From positions 1 through 30,208 of the IMG/VR virus record IMGVR_UViG_3300025617_000075: DNA of 30,208 nucleotides; one strand, given 5' to 3'. The stretch is from a virus (taxonomy: Duplodnaviria > Caudoviricetes). The translations under genes were made by a program, and so were the position numbers. Shown in pieces: positions 18,057 through 25,824 of the stretch. Each line of letters begins with the position of its first letter. Within the stretch, counting starts at the first letter, position 1. The notes beneath the pieces are model-generated. The model ran no database searches, had not been told where the DNA came from, and was given only the letters and a program-made list of their open reading frames with translations.

Positions 18057-19613
18057 TTAAAAGACATCAAAATCCATACTCGCAACCGACTGCTTAAACT
18101 GCGCCTTGCCCAAGTAATTCCTAGTCATAGCACGATGTTCGCCACCGCCCAACATTAAATAGCCATACGCATCACCAACGTGTGAATGCTCATTCTTGTT
18201 CGGCGCGTCCTTAAATCGTTCCTGACCGCCACCCATAGCCACACGTTTAAAGTGATAACCACCAGCCAGTGACTTCCGCACCTTGTGGCAGTTCTTGCTC
18301 ACAATGACCCCCGGCTTGCCGTCAATCAATCTATTCATCGGCATCGCACCAGCTTCACGCCGCACCATAAAATCATTAGATGCAGTCGGTTGAGCCCTTA
18401 GCCCCAATGTTCGCAAATGGTCAAATGCCGTCACCTCAAAGATTTCATCTCGCTTTACACCAGCCGGATCACCCCAGATAAACACCTCACACTTAGGAAA
18501 ATGCGTCTGGATGTCAGCCATCAAATGATGACAGAACCGCTCTAGCCCCATATCGAAGGCAACTAACTCATGCACGACATTCCATCGGCCATTCGGTAAT
18601 TTTTGCCCAAACACAGCGGCAGGCGTTAAACCAAAGTCAAGCCCGATATGCACCGGCAACGCCGGTTCAATCTCAACATCACCCGACATCAGACTGTCGC
18701 TGAACTCATGCCAGACCGGCTTGCCGTCCTGTACATACACATACTGCGCCCCGGCATAACACTGTATCCAATCCAGCGTCTTACCGGCTAGCTGTTGTTC
18801 ATAATAACCCGGCGGCAAGTTATTCACGTTCTCAGCATTCGGGTTATTGATCCAATACTTGCCAGCCGCAAATATATTATCCTCATGCTCTTTTGTACCC
18901 TCAAGCACGCCGCCCGGCTGTTTGTAGAACTTCCAAGGATACTTGCCGCGAATAGGATTTTTCTCAGCTAGGTTCGGCCACCAGTGATCCGAATCCATCG
19001 GGTTGGTACTCATCCACACACCGCGCCAAGGACAGCCGCCGTGTTTCTTAGTCGGATAGCGACCCACCCTCGATGTCAGGCCATCCACAACCGCCTTCGG
19101 CAACTCTCGCGCTTCATCAATAAAGCCGCCAGTCAATTCCAATGACAGCAACTTACGCACATCACGCGGTTGGTCTAACGCCAGAAAGATCACCTCACAA
19201 TCAAGCCCAGCCGCGCCATCACGCGGCGGTAGCTTGATGTGATGGGTGATCGGTGGCGACCAACGCATTTGACCCCAAGTGTTCTCAGGAAATATCTCTT
19301 GCCACGTTTTGATAGTAGTCGTCCGCAATTCCGGATAAGAATTTCGTATCACTGCAAATCTGGAATACCTGATGCCATCTACCGGCGATGGCGGTTGTTT
19401 CACCGCCCTCAGCACAACTTCCGCAAGCGAAGCAAAGGTCTTCCCAGAACCCACCGGCCCCATCAATCCACGCACAAACGAATCGTCTTGCAAAAATTTC
19501 CATACCGTAGGACTTTCCGAAAAATCTAAACTTAACCCAGTCAGCGCTTCCGGCTTTACCTTGCCGCGCCGCCTAGACCTATCTGTAGCACGTTCCGATC
19601 TACTCATCATCAT
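18057..19613 (-). CDS. terL: Terminase large subunit
   Basis: Walker A GPVGSGKT, Walker B FIDEARE, motif III STNP, RNase H-like IGLDFG and C-terminal SH..DA..Y. Confidence 0.95.
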   Translation of the reverse strand: MMMSRSERATDRSRRRGKVKPEALTGLSLDFSESPTVWKFLQDDSFVRGLMGPVGSGKTFASLAEVVLRAVKQPPSPVDGIRYSRFAVIRNSYPELRTTTIKTWQEIFPENTWGQMRWSPPITHHIKLPPRDGAAGLDCEVIFLALDQPRDVRKLLSLELTGGFIDEARELPKAVVDGLTSRVGRYPTKKHGGCPWRGVWMSTNPMDSDHWWPNLAEKNPIRGKYPWKFYKQPGGVLEGTKEHEDNIFAAGKYWINNPNAENVNNLPPGYYEQQLAGKTLDWIQCYAGAQYVYVQDGKPVWHEFSDSLMSGDVEIEPALPVHIGLDFGLTPAAVFGQKLPNGRWNVVHELVAFDMGLERFCHHLMADIQTHFPKCEVFIWGDPAGVKRDEIFEVTAFDHLRTLGLRAQPTASNDFMVRREAGAMPMNRLIDGKPGVIVSKNCHKVRKSLAGGYHFKRVAMGGGQERFKDAPNKNEHSHVGDAYGYLMLGGGEHRAMTRNYLGKAQFKQSVASMDFDVF

Positions 19614-19818
19614 CCTCTGGCGTAAAAATTATAACCATATCTGTCGTGACGCGCTCAACCTCAGCCTCAAGCATTACGCCGCGACAATGGCTGCACACGA
19701 CTTGCTGGCTATTCTCAAACACATACCCCGATGTTTCTTCGCCGCAATCCTCACACTCAACAGGATTAGCAAAGAACCGCACAAACTTGCGATCATTTAT
19801 TCCGATTACGTTTGACAC
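19600..19818 (-). CDS. Small zinc-ribbon protein (CxxC...CxxC) with acidic tail
   Basis: CEDC...CSHC. Likely GTG start at 19818 after AAAGGT; the ORF-track start at 19905 runs through a hairpin-rich region. Confidence 0.6.
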   Translation of the reverse strand: MSNVIGINDRKFVRFFANPVECEDCGEETSGYVFENSQQVVCSHCRGVMLEAEVERVTTDMVIIFTPEDDDE

Positions 19819-19916
19819 TAGCGCCGTTACCTTTCCGCAAATATGCCCACCGCTTCCGAAACCTATGCTCAGGAATAGGTATCTCCGGAATGCGTAACAA
19901 CTCAATTAACACCGGA

Positions 19917-20327
19917 TCAGTCGTCTGTTTCTTTATCATCTAACACCTCATACGTTGTCGTCTTAGGCCCAGTCACATTAATCCCGATCATGCTAGGCCG
20001 CTGATCATCACTGTTCGGCTCAAGTAACCCACGATGCTTCGCCAATAGCCGCAAGGCAGATAGCTTGTCGTGCATCTCTACCTCAATACTATTGCCGTGC
20101 TGTGTAGGCGTTACCTTCACCTTCTTAACCCCACGCCGTGCGCGGTCGCTCAACTTATCTGACGGCGTTAAAAACACCTGACCCAGATCATCCCAGTTCA
20201 GCACATCAGTGATAGCGCCAGACCCAATAGCCTCAAGCTCTTGAATTACCGCCTCACGTTTATCTACGTCCGGGCTGGCTAGCGCCGCACGTTGTTGTCT
20301 AACTGTCATTGGCTTCTTGTTCACCAT
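19917..20327 (-). CDS. terS: Terminase small subunit
   Basis: VIQELEAIG...ITDV..W...VKKVKV...EVEMHDKLSAL.LL.KH.GL; lies upstream of terL. Confidence 0.8.
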   Translation of the reverse strand: MVNKKPMTVRQQRAALASPDVDKREAVIQELEAIGSGAITDVLNWDDLGQVFLTPSDKLSDRARRGVKKVKVTPTQHGNSIEVEMHDKLSALRLLAKHRGLLEPNSDDQRPSMIGINVTGPKTTTYEVLDDKETDD

Positions 20328-20580
20328 CAATACACTCCGATCCTATAGCCGCATAGCCTGCCAAGTCAATCCAGCTATCCTGATGGTCTGGCGTTTCTAC
20401 CAGACGCGCTAGCTTTACCGCCGCCATAGCCATCGCAACCTGATGCGCTTTGACCTCACGGCCGAATATCACTGTCCACAATACCGCAATTCTTTCGTGA
20501 TTGGTATAAACATCGCCGTAGTCATCTCCGCGATTGGCTACCGTACCCAGTGCGGTTTCTAATAATTGTTGTTTGTCCAT
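20299..20580 (-). CDS. DUF6378-like protein
   Basis: L..A...V..R..DYG....NH.RIA.LW...VA..M..VKLARL....H.DSW.DLAGYAA. Probable start MDKQQ at 20580 rather than 20832. Confidence 0.8.
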   Translation of the reverse strand: MDKQQLLETALGTVANRGDDYGDVYTNHERIAVLWTVIFGREVKAHQVAMAMAAVKLARLVETPDHQDSWIDLAGYAAIGSECIDGEQEANDS

Positions 20581-20719
20581 TTCGTTTTTCCATTTTCTGC
20601 CAAAATTTTGTGTGACACCCCCATATATACGCGACAGGGGTAGGGGGGCGAGGGGTGGCGTTTTTGCGACATTAATATGTGCGATCCCACCGCCGTGCAA
20701 AAGCAAACCACCGATTGCC

Positions 20720-21373
20720 TCACTGCACGACCCCGATGTGCCGCGCAACGTCTGCGAGCGCAGGTACGCCTGCCCTTCGTTCAATGGCTTGGTCACACAC
20801 GACCAGCGTTGCCGCAATGATGTCGTCAACACTATGCCCTGCGGCCGCCAGCTTCCGGGCGTGAGCTATCTCATTGTCGAACAGCCTGACCTGTCCTGTC
20901 GCCTTCTGGACAGCCGCCAGATAGGCGTGAGCGAGAGAGTGAGAGAGTAGTTCTACATCCCCTGTAACCCCTTTATCTTCTATTGGTACGGCTTCCTGAT
21001 CGTCAACCATCTGCAACGGTTTCGCCCTCTGCATCTCTTCATACGTTGGCAACGGTTCGTCACCATCCCATAGCACCTGATACCTGTTCGTATACCAGCC
21101 CTTGTCACTGCGCTGGTAATCCTTTGGATGCAACTGCCGGACGTACTTCTTGCGCTTCAACACCTTCAATGCTTCGAGCGGTGTGCGATGTTCGGCATAC
21201 CCTGTCACTTGACATATTGTTTCGAGCGATGGCCAACACACACCGGCACGATTAGTAAAGCTACAGATTGCACCCAGCACACGCAGTTCGCGTTCTTTCA
21301 GTGTCCTGTCTTTGAACACACGCATCGGCATCACCGACCACGGCCGTTTGTTTTCAGAAAGGTATGTCATCAT
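20720..21373 (-). CDS. Winged-HTH (HTH_36-like) DNA-binding/replication-associated protein
   Basis: L...ELRVL.AI.SF.N..G.CWPS.ETI...TG...L..L....YV...N.Y pattern. Confidence 0.75.
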   Translation of the reverse strand: MMTYLSENKRPWSVMPMRVFKDRTLKERELRVLGAICSFTNRAGVCWPSLETICQVTGYAEHRTPLEALKVLKRKKYVRQLHPKDYQRSDKGWYTNRYQVLWDGDEPLPTYEEMQRAKPLQMVDDQEAVPIEDKGVTGDVELLSHSLAHAYLAAVQKATGQVRLFDNEIAHARKLAAAGHSVDDIIAATLVVCDQAIERRAGVPALADVARHIGVVQ

Positions 21374-21926
21374 CTAATTCCTCAATAGGTGTTACACTTA
21401 CTACCTCAGCACCGGCGAAGATACTCTTAATCTTATCCACCTGTGCGTGTATCTTTTTAATCTGCTCTTGATCCTTGGCATGAAGGACACGCCCTATCTC
21501 TTGTACAGAGTAAACGCACATATCCCTATTCTCACGCGCAACCTTGCCAGCTTCAAACTTATCAGCACAGATAGCCAGCACCTTACCATCAGGCATCAGA
21601 CCTTCAACGTAATCACCGGTCAGTTCTTTAGCCCCTAGTTCTTTGGCTTCACGTTCCAGCACAGCATACGCCCTACACATCACCTGAGCTTCATGCACTG
21701 CCGCCTTGCCATCATTCTTAGTCAGCGCATTCCAGAGCTTCTCACGCTGTAAATGAAACTTAGCTCTGGTATTCTCACTGACCAGCTCTTGCAGTCTGTC
21801 CACACCCCATCGCTTCTCAACATCAGACACAACACGATCATGCATATGCACCGCTTCACTGATCCGCTCATCATTTACTTCTGTTCTTGTCGGCAGTCTA
21901 TCAATGCCTCTTATTCTCTTACTCAT
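21354..21926 (-). CDS. Hypothetical protein with SSB-like C-terminal DDDIPF
   Basis: Probable start MSKRIRG at 21926 (SD GGGAGAG). E.RWGVDRL..LVS motif; ends ELDDDIPF. Confidence 0.75.
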   Translation of the reverse strand: MSKRIRGIDRLPTRTEVNDERISEAVHMHDRVVSDVEKRWGVDRLQELVSENTRAKFHLQREKLWNALTKNDGKAAVHEAQVMCRAYAVLEREAKELGAKELTGDYVEGLMPDGKVLAICADKFEAGKVARENRDMCVYSVQEIGRVLHAKDQEQIKKIHAQVDKIKSIFAGAEVVSVTPIEELDDDIPF

Positions 21927-21938
21927 TACACTCTCCCT

Positions 21939-22054
21939 GATGCGAAAATACCTCATGCGATTTTTCGTGCGATTCCCTAAGGGAAATCGCATCGCATCGC
22001 ATCATCGCACGACATGCGATTTTCACATGCGATTGGTGCGATTGGTGCGATTTT
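21939..22054. repeat. TGCGAT iteron-like cluster with palindrome; putative replication origin
   Basis: TGCGA(T) at 21941, 21956, 21968, 22015, 22028, 22037 and 22046; inverted ATCGCA at 21986, 21991, 21996 and 22004. Near-palindrome TGCGATTCCCTAAGGGAAATCGCA. Abuts the primase-helicase stop. Confidence 0.75.
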
Positions 22055-23872
22055 CTATTCGTAAGTCTTTGATAACCATACATATCCATCTCCGAGCAAA
22101 ATCGCACCCTTTTCCGACAGTGCATTTCGGGCATCACGCCGTGCGGAAGGCGATAAATCGACATAATCACGCTTATGCGCCTCATGCCAAGCCTCGATCC
22201 GCACCTGTTTGCCACCATTATCAATGACCATATTACGCAATAATTGTAGCGCATCTGACTGACGTTTATTGAGCTTGGCAGTCCTTGGCTTGGCCTTTGG
22301 CGCATCACCGCCTTGCTGTTTCAGTATGATACTGGTGTCAGCGATCATCGCCACGTTGACCATATCAAACTTCATCGGCTCAATGGGATCAGCATCCTTC
22401 TGCTTCTCCATCGTGGCCGTCACTACGTCCTCATCACGCTGTACATTAATGACCGTATCAGCCGCACCAGCGAGCGCTGACGATCCACGCATAGCATTTA
22501 TACCGGCCGAACTGCTCTTATTGCTGTGATGGATAGCTATCAGCGAACAGTTACAATGCGCCTTGATGGCATCACACGCGCCTACGAACAGCCCCATATC
22601 AGTTGCTGAGTTCTCTTCACCGCCAAGCAATGCTCTAGCCACAGTATCCACGACAACGCATTTAAACTGCTTGCCCAACGCATCTATAGTACGCATCAGC
22701 TTTTCTACCTGATCCTGTTCGCGAAAGTTGACAGCGGTGGGCAACACCACCATCTCACCCACGTTATCCGCGCCATTGTATAGCCGCCACGCCTTCACAC
22801 GCTTGCCTAGACCGCCAACACCCTCACCAGCTATGTATAGGATAGCACCGGACGCTGTGGAGCGGTTCTGCCACGGCTTGTTGTGTGCAATGCTCATAGC
22901 CATATCAATGGCTAAGAATGATTTACCAGTACCGGGTGCACCATAAATGACGCTGAAGCCGTGTTTAGTAATGACACCATCCACCAGCCATTCGACCGGC
23001 GGCATGTTGATTAGATAGTTTTCATCGAACGTCTGGAAGACATCCTGATCTGGCAGTTGAGGCTCAGGTTCGACAGCCTCAACAGCAACGATAGGCTCGG
23101 ATGTCTTAATTAACGCCTTTAATTTAGACACGTCATTGCCTGCGTTGATCCAATCATACACATCTTGCTTGTCAGCTAGCCCCGGCAGATCAACACGGCG
23201 CACCTCTTTGGCTATGCCTAGTAGGTTCTGCGCGACTGTCCTAGCGTGTTTGTCACCGGCCGCATCGTTGTCCGGTATGACAACAACCTTCCTATCTTTG
23301 AAGTACTGGTTTAGCTCCGGCTTCCAATTGCCAGCGCCGCCGTGGCTCGATGTGGCTAACAGCCCCATCTCCGCCACTCTGTCAGCGCATTTCTCACCCT
23401 CGACAATGACAATAACCTTGTCTGGGTTAAGCATGATGTCCGGCAGGCGGTACGGCACGGCCTCAACGCCATCCATACTGTACACCCACTTCTCGCCATC
23501 CGGTCTGCGTTGTCTAAATGTTTTAGGTTCGTATCGCTCAACCTGATAAGACAATACGCCATCACTGTCGAAATAATCATACCGCTTGGCCAGCCATCTG
23601 GTAGGCGCTAGCGCTTTCTGCGTCTGTCTGGGTATCCCAAACTTACGTTCTAATATGTCCGGCAGGCTGGCAAGTTGTGCGCCTTCATGCATCTTGACCA
23701 GATCGACTACACCGCCGCCTTCACCGGCTTCATGATCATAGAACGTGCCTTTCTTTAAATCCACAGACTTACTGCCGTGCGTTCCCCAACGCAGTTCACT
23801 GCCGCGTGTACTGGTAGGCTCGCCCCAGTAGTGCCGCGCAATCGTATCCATATATGCTGATATGTTTGTCAT
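22055..23872 (-). CDS. Primase-helicase (TOPRIM + AAA_25/RepA-like SF4 helicase)
   Basis: IVEGEK and IPDNDAAG TOPRIM motifs; Walker A GAPGTGKS, YIAGEG, VVVDT, IHH..K and RGSSAL..AAD helicase motifs. Confidence 0.92.
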   Translation of the reverse strand: MTNISAYMDTIARHYWGEPTSTRGSELRWGTHGSKSVDLKKGTFYDHEAGEGGGVVDLVKMHEGAQLASLPDILERKFGIPRQTQKALAPTRWLAKRYDYFDSDGVLSYQVERYEPKTFRQRRPDGEKWVYSMDGVEAVPYRLPDIMLNPDKVIVIVEGEKCADRVAEMGLLATSSHGGAGNWKPELNQYFKDRKVVVIPDNDAAGDKHARTVAQNLLGIAKEVRRVDLPGLADKQDVYDWINAGNDVSKLKALIKTSEPIVAVEAVEPEPQLPDQDVFQTFDENYLINMPPVEWLVDGVITKHGFSVIYGAPGTGKSFLAIDMAMSIAHNKPWQNRSTASGAILYIAGEGVGGLGKRVKAWRLYNGADNVGEMVVLPTAVNFREQDQVEKLMRTIDALGKQFKCVVVDTVARALLGGEENSATDMGLFVGACDAIKAHCNCSLIAIHHSNKSSSAGINAMRGSSALAGAADTVINVQRDEDVVTATMEKQKDADPIEPMKFDMVNVAMIADTSIILKQQGGDAPKAKPRTAKLNKRQSDALQLLRNMVIDNGGKQVRIEAWHEAHKRDYVDLSPSARRDARNALSEKGAILLGDGYVWLSKTYE

Positions 23873-23905
23873 TGTTATATCCCATCCCCCGATCTCCCGA
23901 AACGA

Positions 23906-23937
23906 TGGCGGCGCAGTCGGGAGAAACTACGCCGCCA
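23906..23937 (-). promoter_or_regulatory. 12-bp intergenic stem-loop with anti-SD-like loop
   Basis: Minus-strand UGGCGGCGUAGU-UUCUCCCG-ACUGCGCCGCCA between the SSB-like gene and the primase-helicase. Confidence 0.65.
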
Positions 23938-23948
23938 CCTACTACGAC

Positions 23949-24554
23949 CTAGAACAAGTCGTCATCGCTAACCGCTTGGGACGGTGCGGCGACTGGCTCA
24001 GGCGCAGATGCCGTCTTTGTGAACATCTCAGGCTTTTCAACCCAGCCCGATACATGCCACTGTGGCACTTTGAAACGCAACTCACCTTGCGGAGAGTTGA
24101 TCTTTATAGTTTCAGTGCCGGTGATCTCAACGACTGGTATCTTGCCAGCGTTGTTGCCCTTCTCGGCCTCAAACTGGTTATGCAGTGTATCCATAGCCCG
24201 AAGCACTGTCTTTGCTGAATGGCTAAACTCACGCAATCCCAGCTCTTTGCTAGCAATACGCATCCGAAAGGCATTCTTAAAATCGCCTTCCGGCTTTGCA
24301 GGCATAGCCTCACCGACTTTGACCATTCTAAAGTCTGGCGCACCTGACTGAAACGACAGCCACCCCACTTCCATCTCAGCCATATCGGCCGCGAACTTGC
24401 ACGGCAACGGCAGTTCACGTTCTTCTTTTTCCCACTCACCTGATGCACTTTGCACACGATCCTGAGCGATGAAATCGCCAGCCTTCGCGTCATACTTTAC
24501 AATCGGGATGATATCCCCAGATGATTTACTTTCGGTATTAAACCCTAACGCCAT
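23949..24554 (-). CDS. Probable single-stranded DNA-binding protein
   Basis: 201 aa with beta-strand-like core, Pro/Ala linker and acidic aromatic tip SDDDLF. SD AGGAG; lies upstream of the primase-helicase. Confidence 0.65.
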   Translation of the reverse strand: MALGFNTESKSSGDIIPIVKYDAKAGDFIAQDRVQSASGEWEKEERELPLPCKFAADMAEMEVGWLSFQSGAPDFRMVKVGEAMPAKPEGDFKNAFRMRIASKELGLREFSHSAKTVLRAMDTLHNQFEAEKGNNAGKIPVVEITGTETIKINSPQGELRFKVPQWHVSGWVEKPEMFTKTASAPEPVAAPSQAVSDDDLF

Positions 24555-24581
24555 AACTATATCTCCTATAAAACGCTAGTT

Positions 24582-24995
24582 TCAAAAAAGGTTCAGTGTT
24601 CTGAACCCACTTATTGGGTAGTAAGCAAACATGTCTGCCGGGTCATTACGATCCCGGCGTTTACTCAACCCAATTCTTTTGTCGGAATTGAAATCAACAA
24701 ACCCGACCTTATCTGTCCATTGCACAACTAAGTATGCCTTCAGCCCAGTGGCTCTGGATATATTCTGCGCCGCAATGACCTTGTGCAGATTGACAATGGC
24801 GGTATCGTATTCAGTGCTTGCCACTGTCCGACACTTAAATTCAAACAAACACTTGGCCGCGTCCTTCCGCATCGCCAAGCAATCGAGGCTATACTTTGGC
24901 GGCAAACTAATCATCTCATAGTCATACGCCTGACCCAGCGCATTCATAAGCTGGCGTTCAGCCGCTCTGTGTTCATCAGTTTCATACAGCATCAT
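24582..24995 (-). CDS. PD-(D/E)xK nuclease-like protein
   Basis: E-containing first helix, YSLD, then FEFKCR (D...ExK). Confidence 0.65.
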   Translation of the reverse strand: MMLYETDEHRAAERQLMNALGQAYDYEMISLPPKYSLDCLAMRKDAAKCLFEFKCRTVASTEYDTAIVNLHKVIAAQNISRATGLKAYLVVQWTDKVGFVDFNSDKRIGLSKRRDRNDPADMFAYYPISGFRTLNLF

Positions 24996-25824
24996 TAACC
25001 GCCTTTATAGTTAGCCCTATCTGCATTGCGATCTGAGGCACAATGGCATTGCCTAATCCTTTAATTCTGTCCACCCGATTGGGTATCCCATTAGCCACTC
25101 TACCCACTGGGGGTTCAGGCTTCCAGAAACCCTTTTCCCCTCTGGCTTCTCCACGGCGTAATCCAGCCTGTCGCGCATCGTGTCGTTCTGCCCCGACCCC
25201 TTGTGATCTGATGCCATTGGTGTCGGCCACATCTTTACGCTGTCTGCTAATCCCAGACTGTAACTGCTCTTCCCATCTTTGCTCATTCGCCTGCCGTTGT
25301 TCGTTAGCTTCGCGTCTGGATGATCCACCTCTTGCGTTGTCGGTGTTGGCCACAATCCAAATTCTGTCACGTCTGTGCGCGGCATCGACACCACAAGCCG
25401 GAACAATAAATGGCCGTGTGGCGTAGCCATCGGCTTCCAAGTTAGATAGCACCGTGTCGATACCCATTGACAGGTGACCATAAACATTTTCGAAAACGCA
25501 CCAAGTGGGTCTTTTTTGTGCAACAATTTCGCGGATGTACGGCCAGATGTGGCGGTCATCTTCCTCGCCTCTGCGCTTCCCAGCGTGACTGAATGGCTGA
25601 CAAGGATACCCGGCAGTAAGTATTGAACATTCTGGGATTCGTTCTGGCTCATTTGCTAACACCTTTACATCTTCTTCGATTGGCACATCAGGCCAATGCT
25701 TTGCTAAAATCTTACGCGGCCACGGCTCAATGTCGCAAAACATCACTGGCCTAGACAGCCCAGCCCACTCAAAACCAAGAGCAAAACCGCCAATGCCAGA
25801 ACATAAATCAACGTGACGCAACAT
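24982..25824 (-). CDS. C5-cytosine DNA methyltransferase, large (alpha) polypeptide: motifs I-VIII and X
   Basis: DLCSGIGGF (I), GYPCQPFS (IV), ENV (VI), HRRDRIWIV (VIII), GLGNAIVPQ (X). Likely start at ATG 25824 (TAATG overlap, SD AAGGGAG). No motif IX in this frame. Confidence 0.92.
   Translation of the reverse strand: MLRHVDLCSGIGGFALGFEWAGLSRPVMFCDIEPWPRKILAKHWPDVPIEEDVKVLANEPERIPECSILTAGYPCQPFSHAGKRRGEEDDRHIWPYIREIVAQKRPTWCVFENVYGHLSMGIDTVLSNLEADGYATRPFIVPACGVDAAHRRDRIWIVANTDNARGGSSRREANEQRQANEQRWEEQLQSGISRQRKDVADTNGIRSQGVGAERHDARQAGLRRGEARGEKGFWKPEPPVGRVANGIPNRVDRIKGLGNAIVPQIAMQIGLTIKAVNDAV
25053..25652 (-). CDS. Nested +1-frame gene: probable methyltransferase small (beta) polypeptide with WPTP repeats and motif IX
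   Basis: 199 codons open entirely inside the MTase gene. Contains LWPTP and MWPTP repeats and GSLNPQWVEWLMGYPIGWT. AAGGTG lies 7 nt before the ATG; the exact start is uncertain. Confidence 0.75.
   Translation of the reverse strand: MSQNESQNVQYLLPGILVSHSVTLGSAEARKMTATSGRTSAKLLHKKDPLGAFSKMFMVTCQWVSTRCYLTWKPMATPHGHLLFRLVVSMPRTDVTEFGLWPTPTTQEVDHPDAKLTNNGRRMSKDGKSSYSLGLADSVKMWPTPMASDHKGSGQNDTMRDRLDYAVEKPEGKRVSGSLNPQWVEWLMGYPIGWTELKD

Noticed and set aside
20581-20832. N-terminal extension of the 177-aa ORF 20299..20832 and the + strand ORF 20534..20950
   Set aside because: The recognisable domain begins at MDKQQ (20580). The extension overlaps the HTH gene and crosses the G-tract element.
21939-22054. 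Mini-CRISPR array, or coding ORFs 21919..22308 and 21904..22227
   Set aside because: Repeats are 6-9 nt in both orientations with no regular spacers. The ORFs are repeat or antisense by-products overlapping the primase-helicase.
24982-25824. MTase as a frameshifted pseudogene
   Set aside because: Both frames are uninterrupted over long distances, catalytic motifs are intact, and the arrangement matches a known two-polypeptide architecture.
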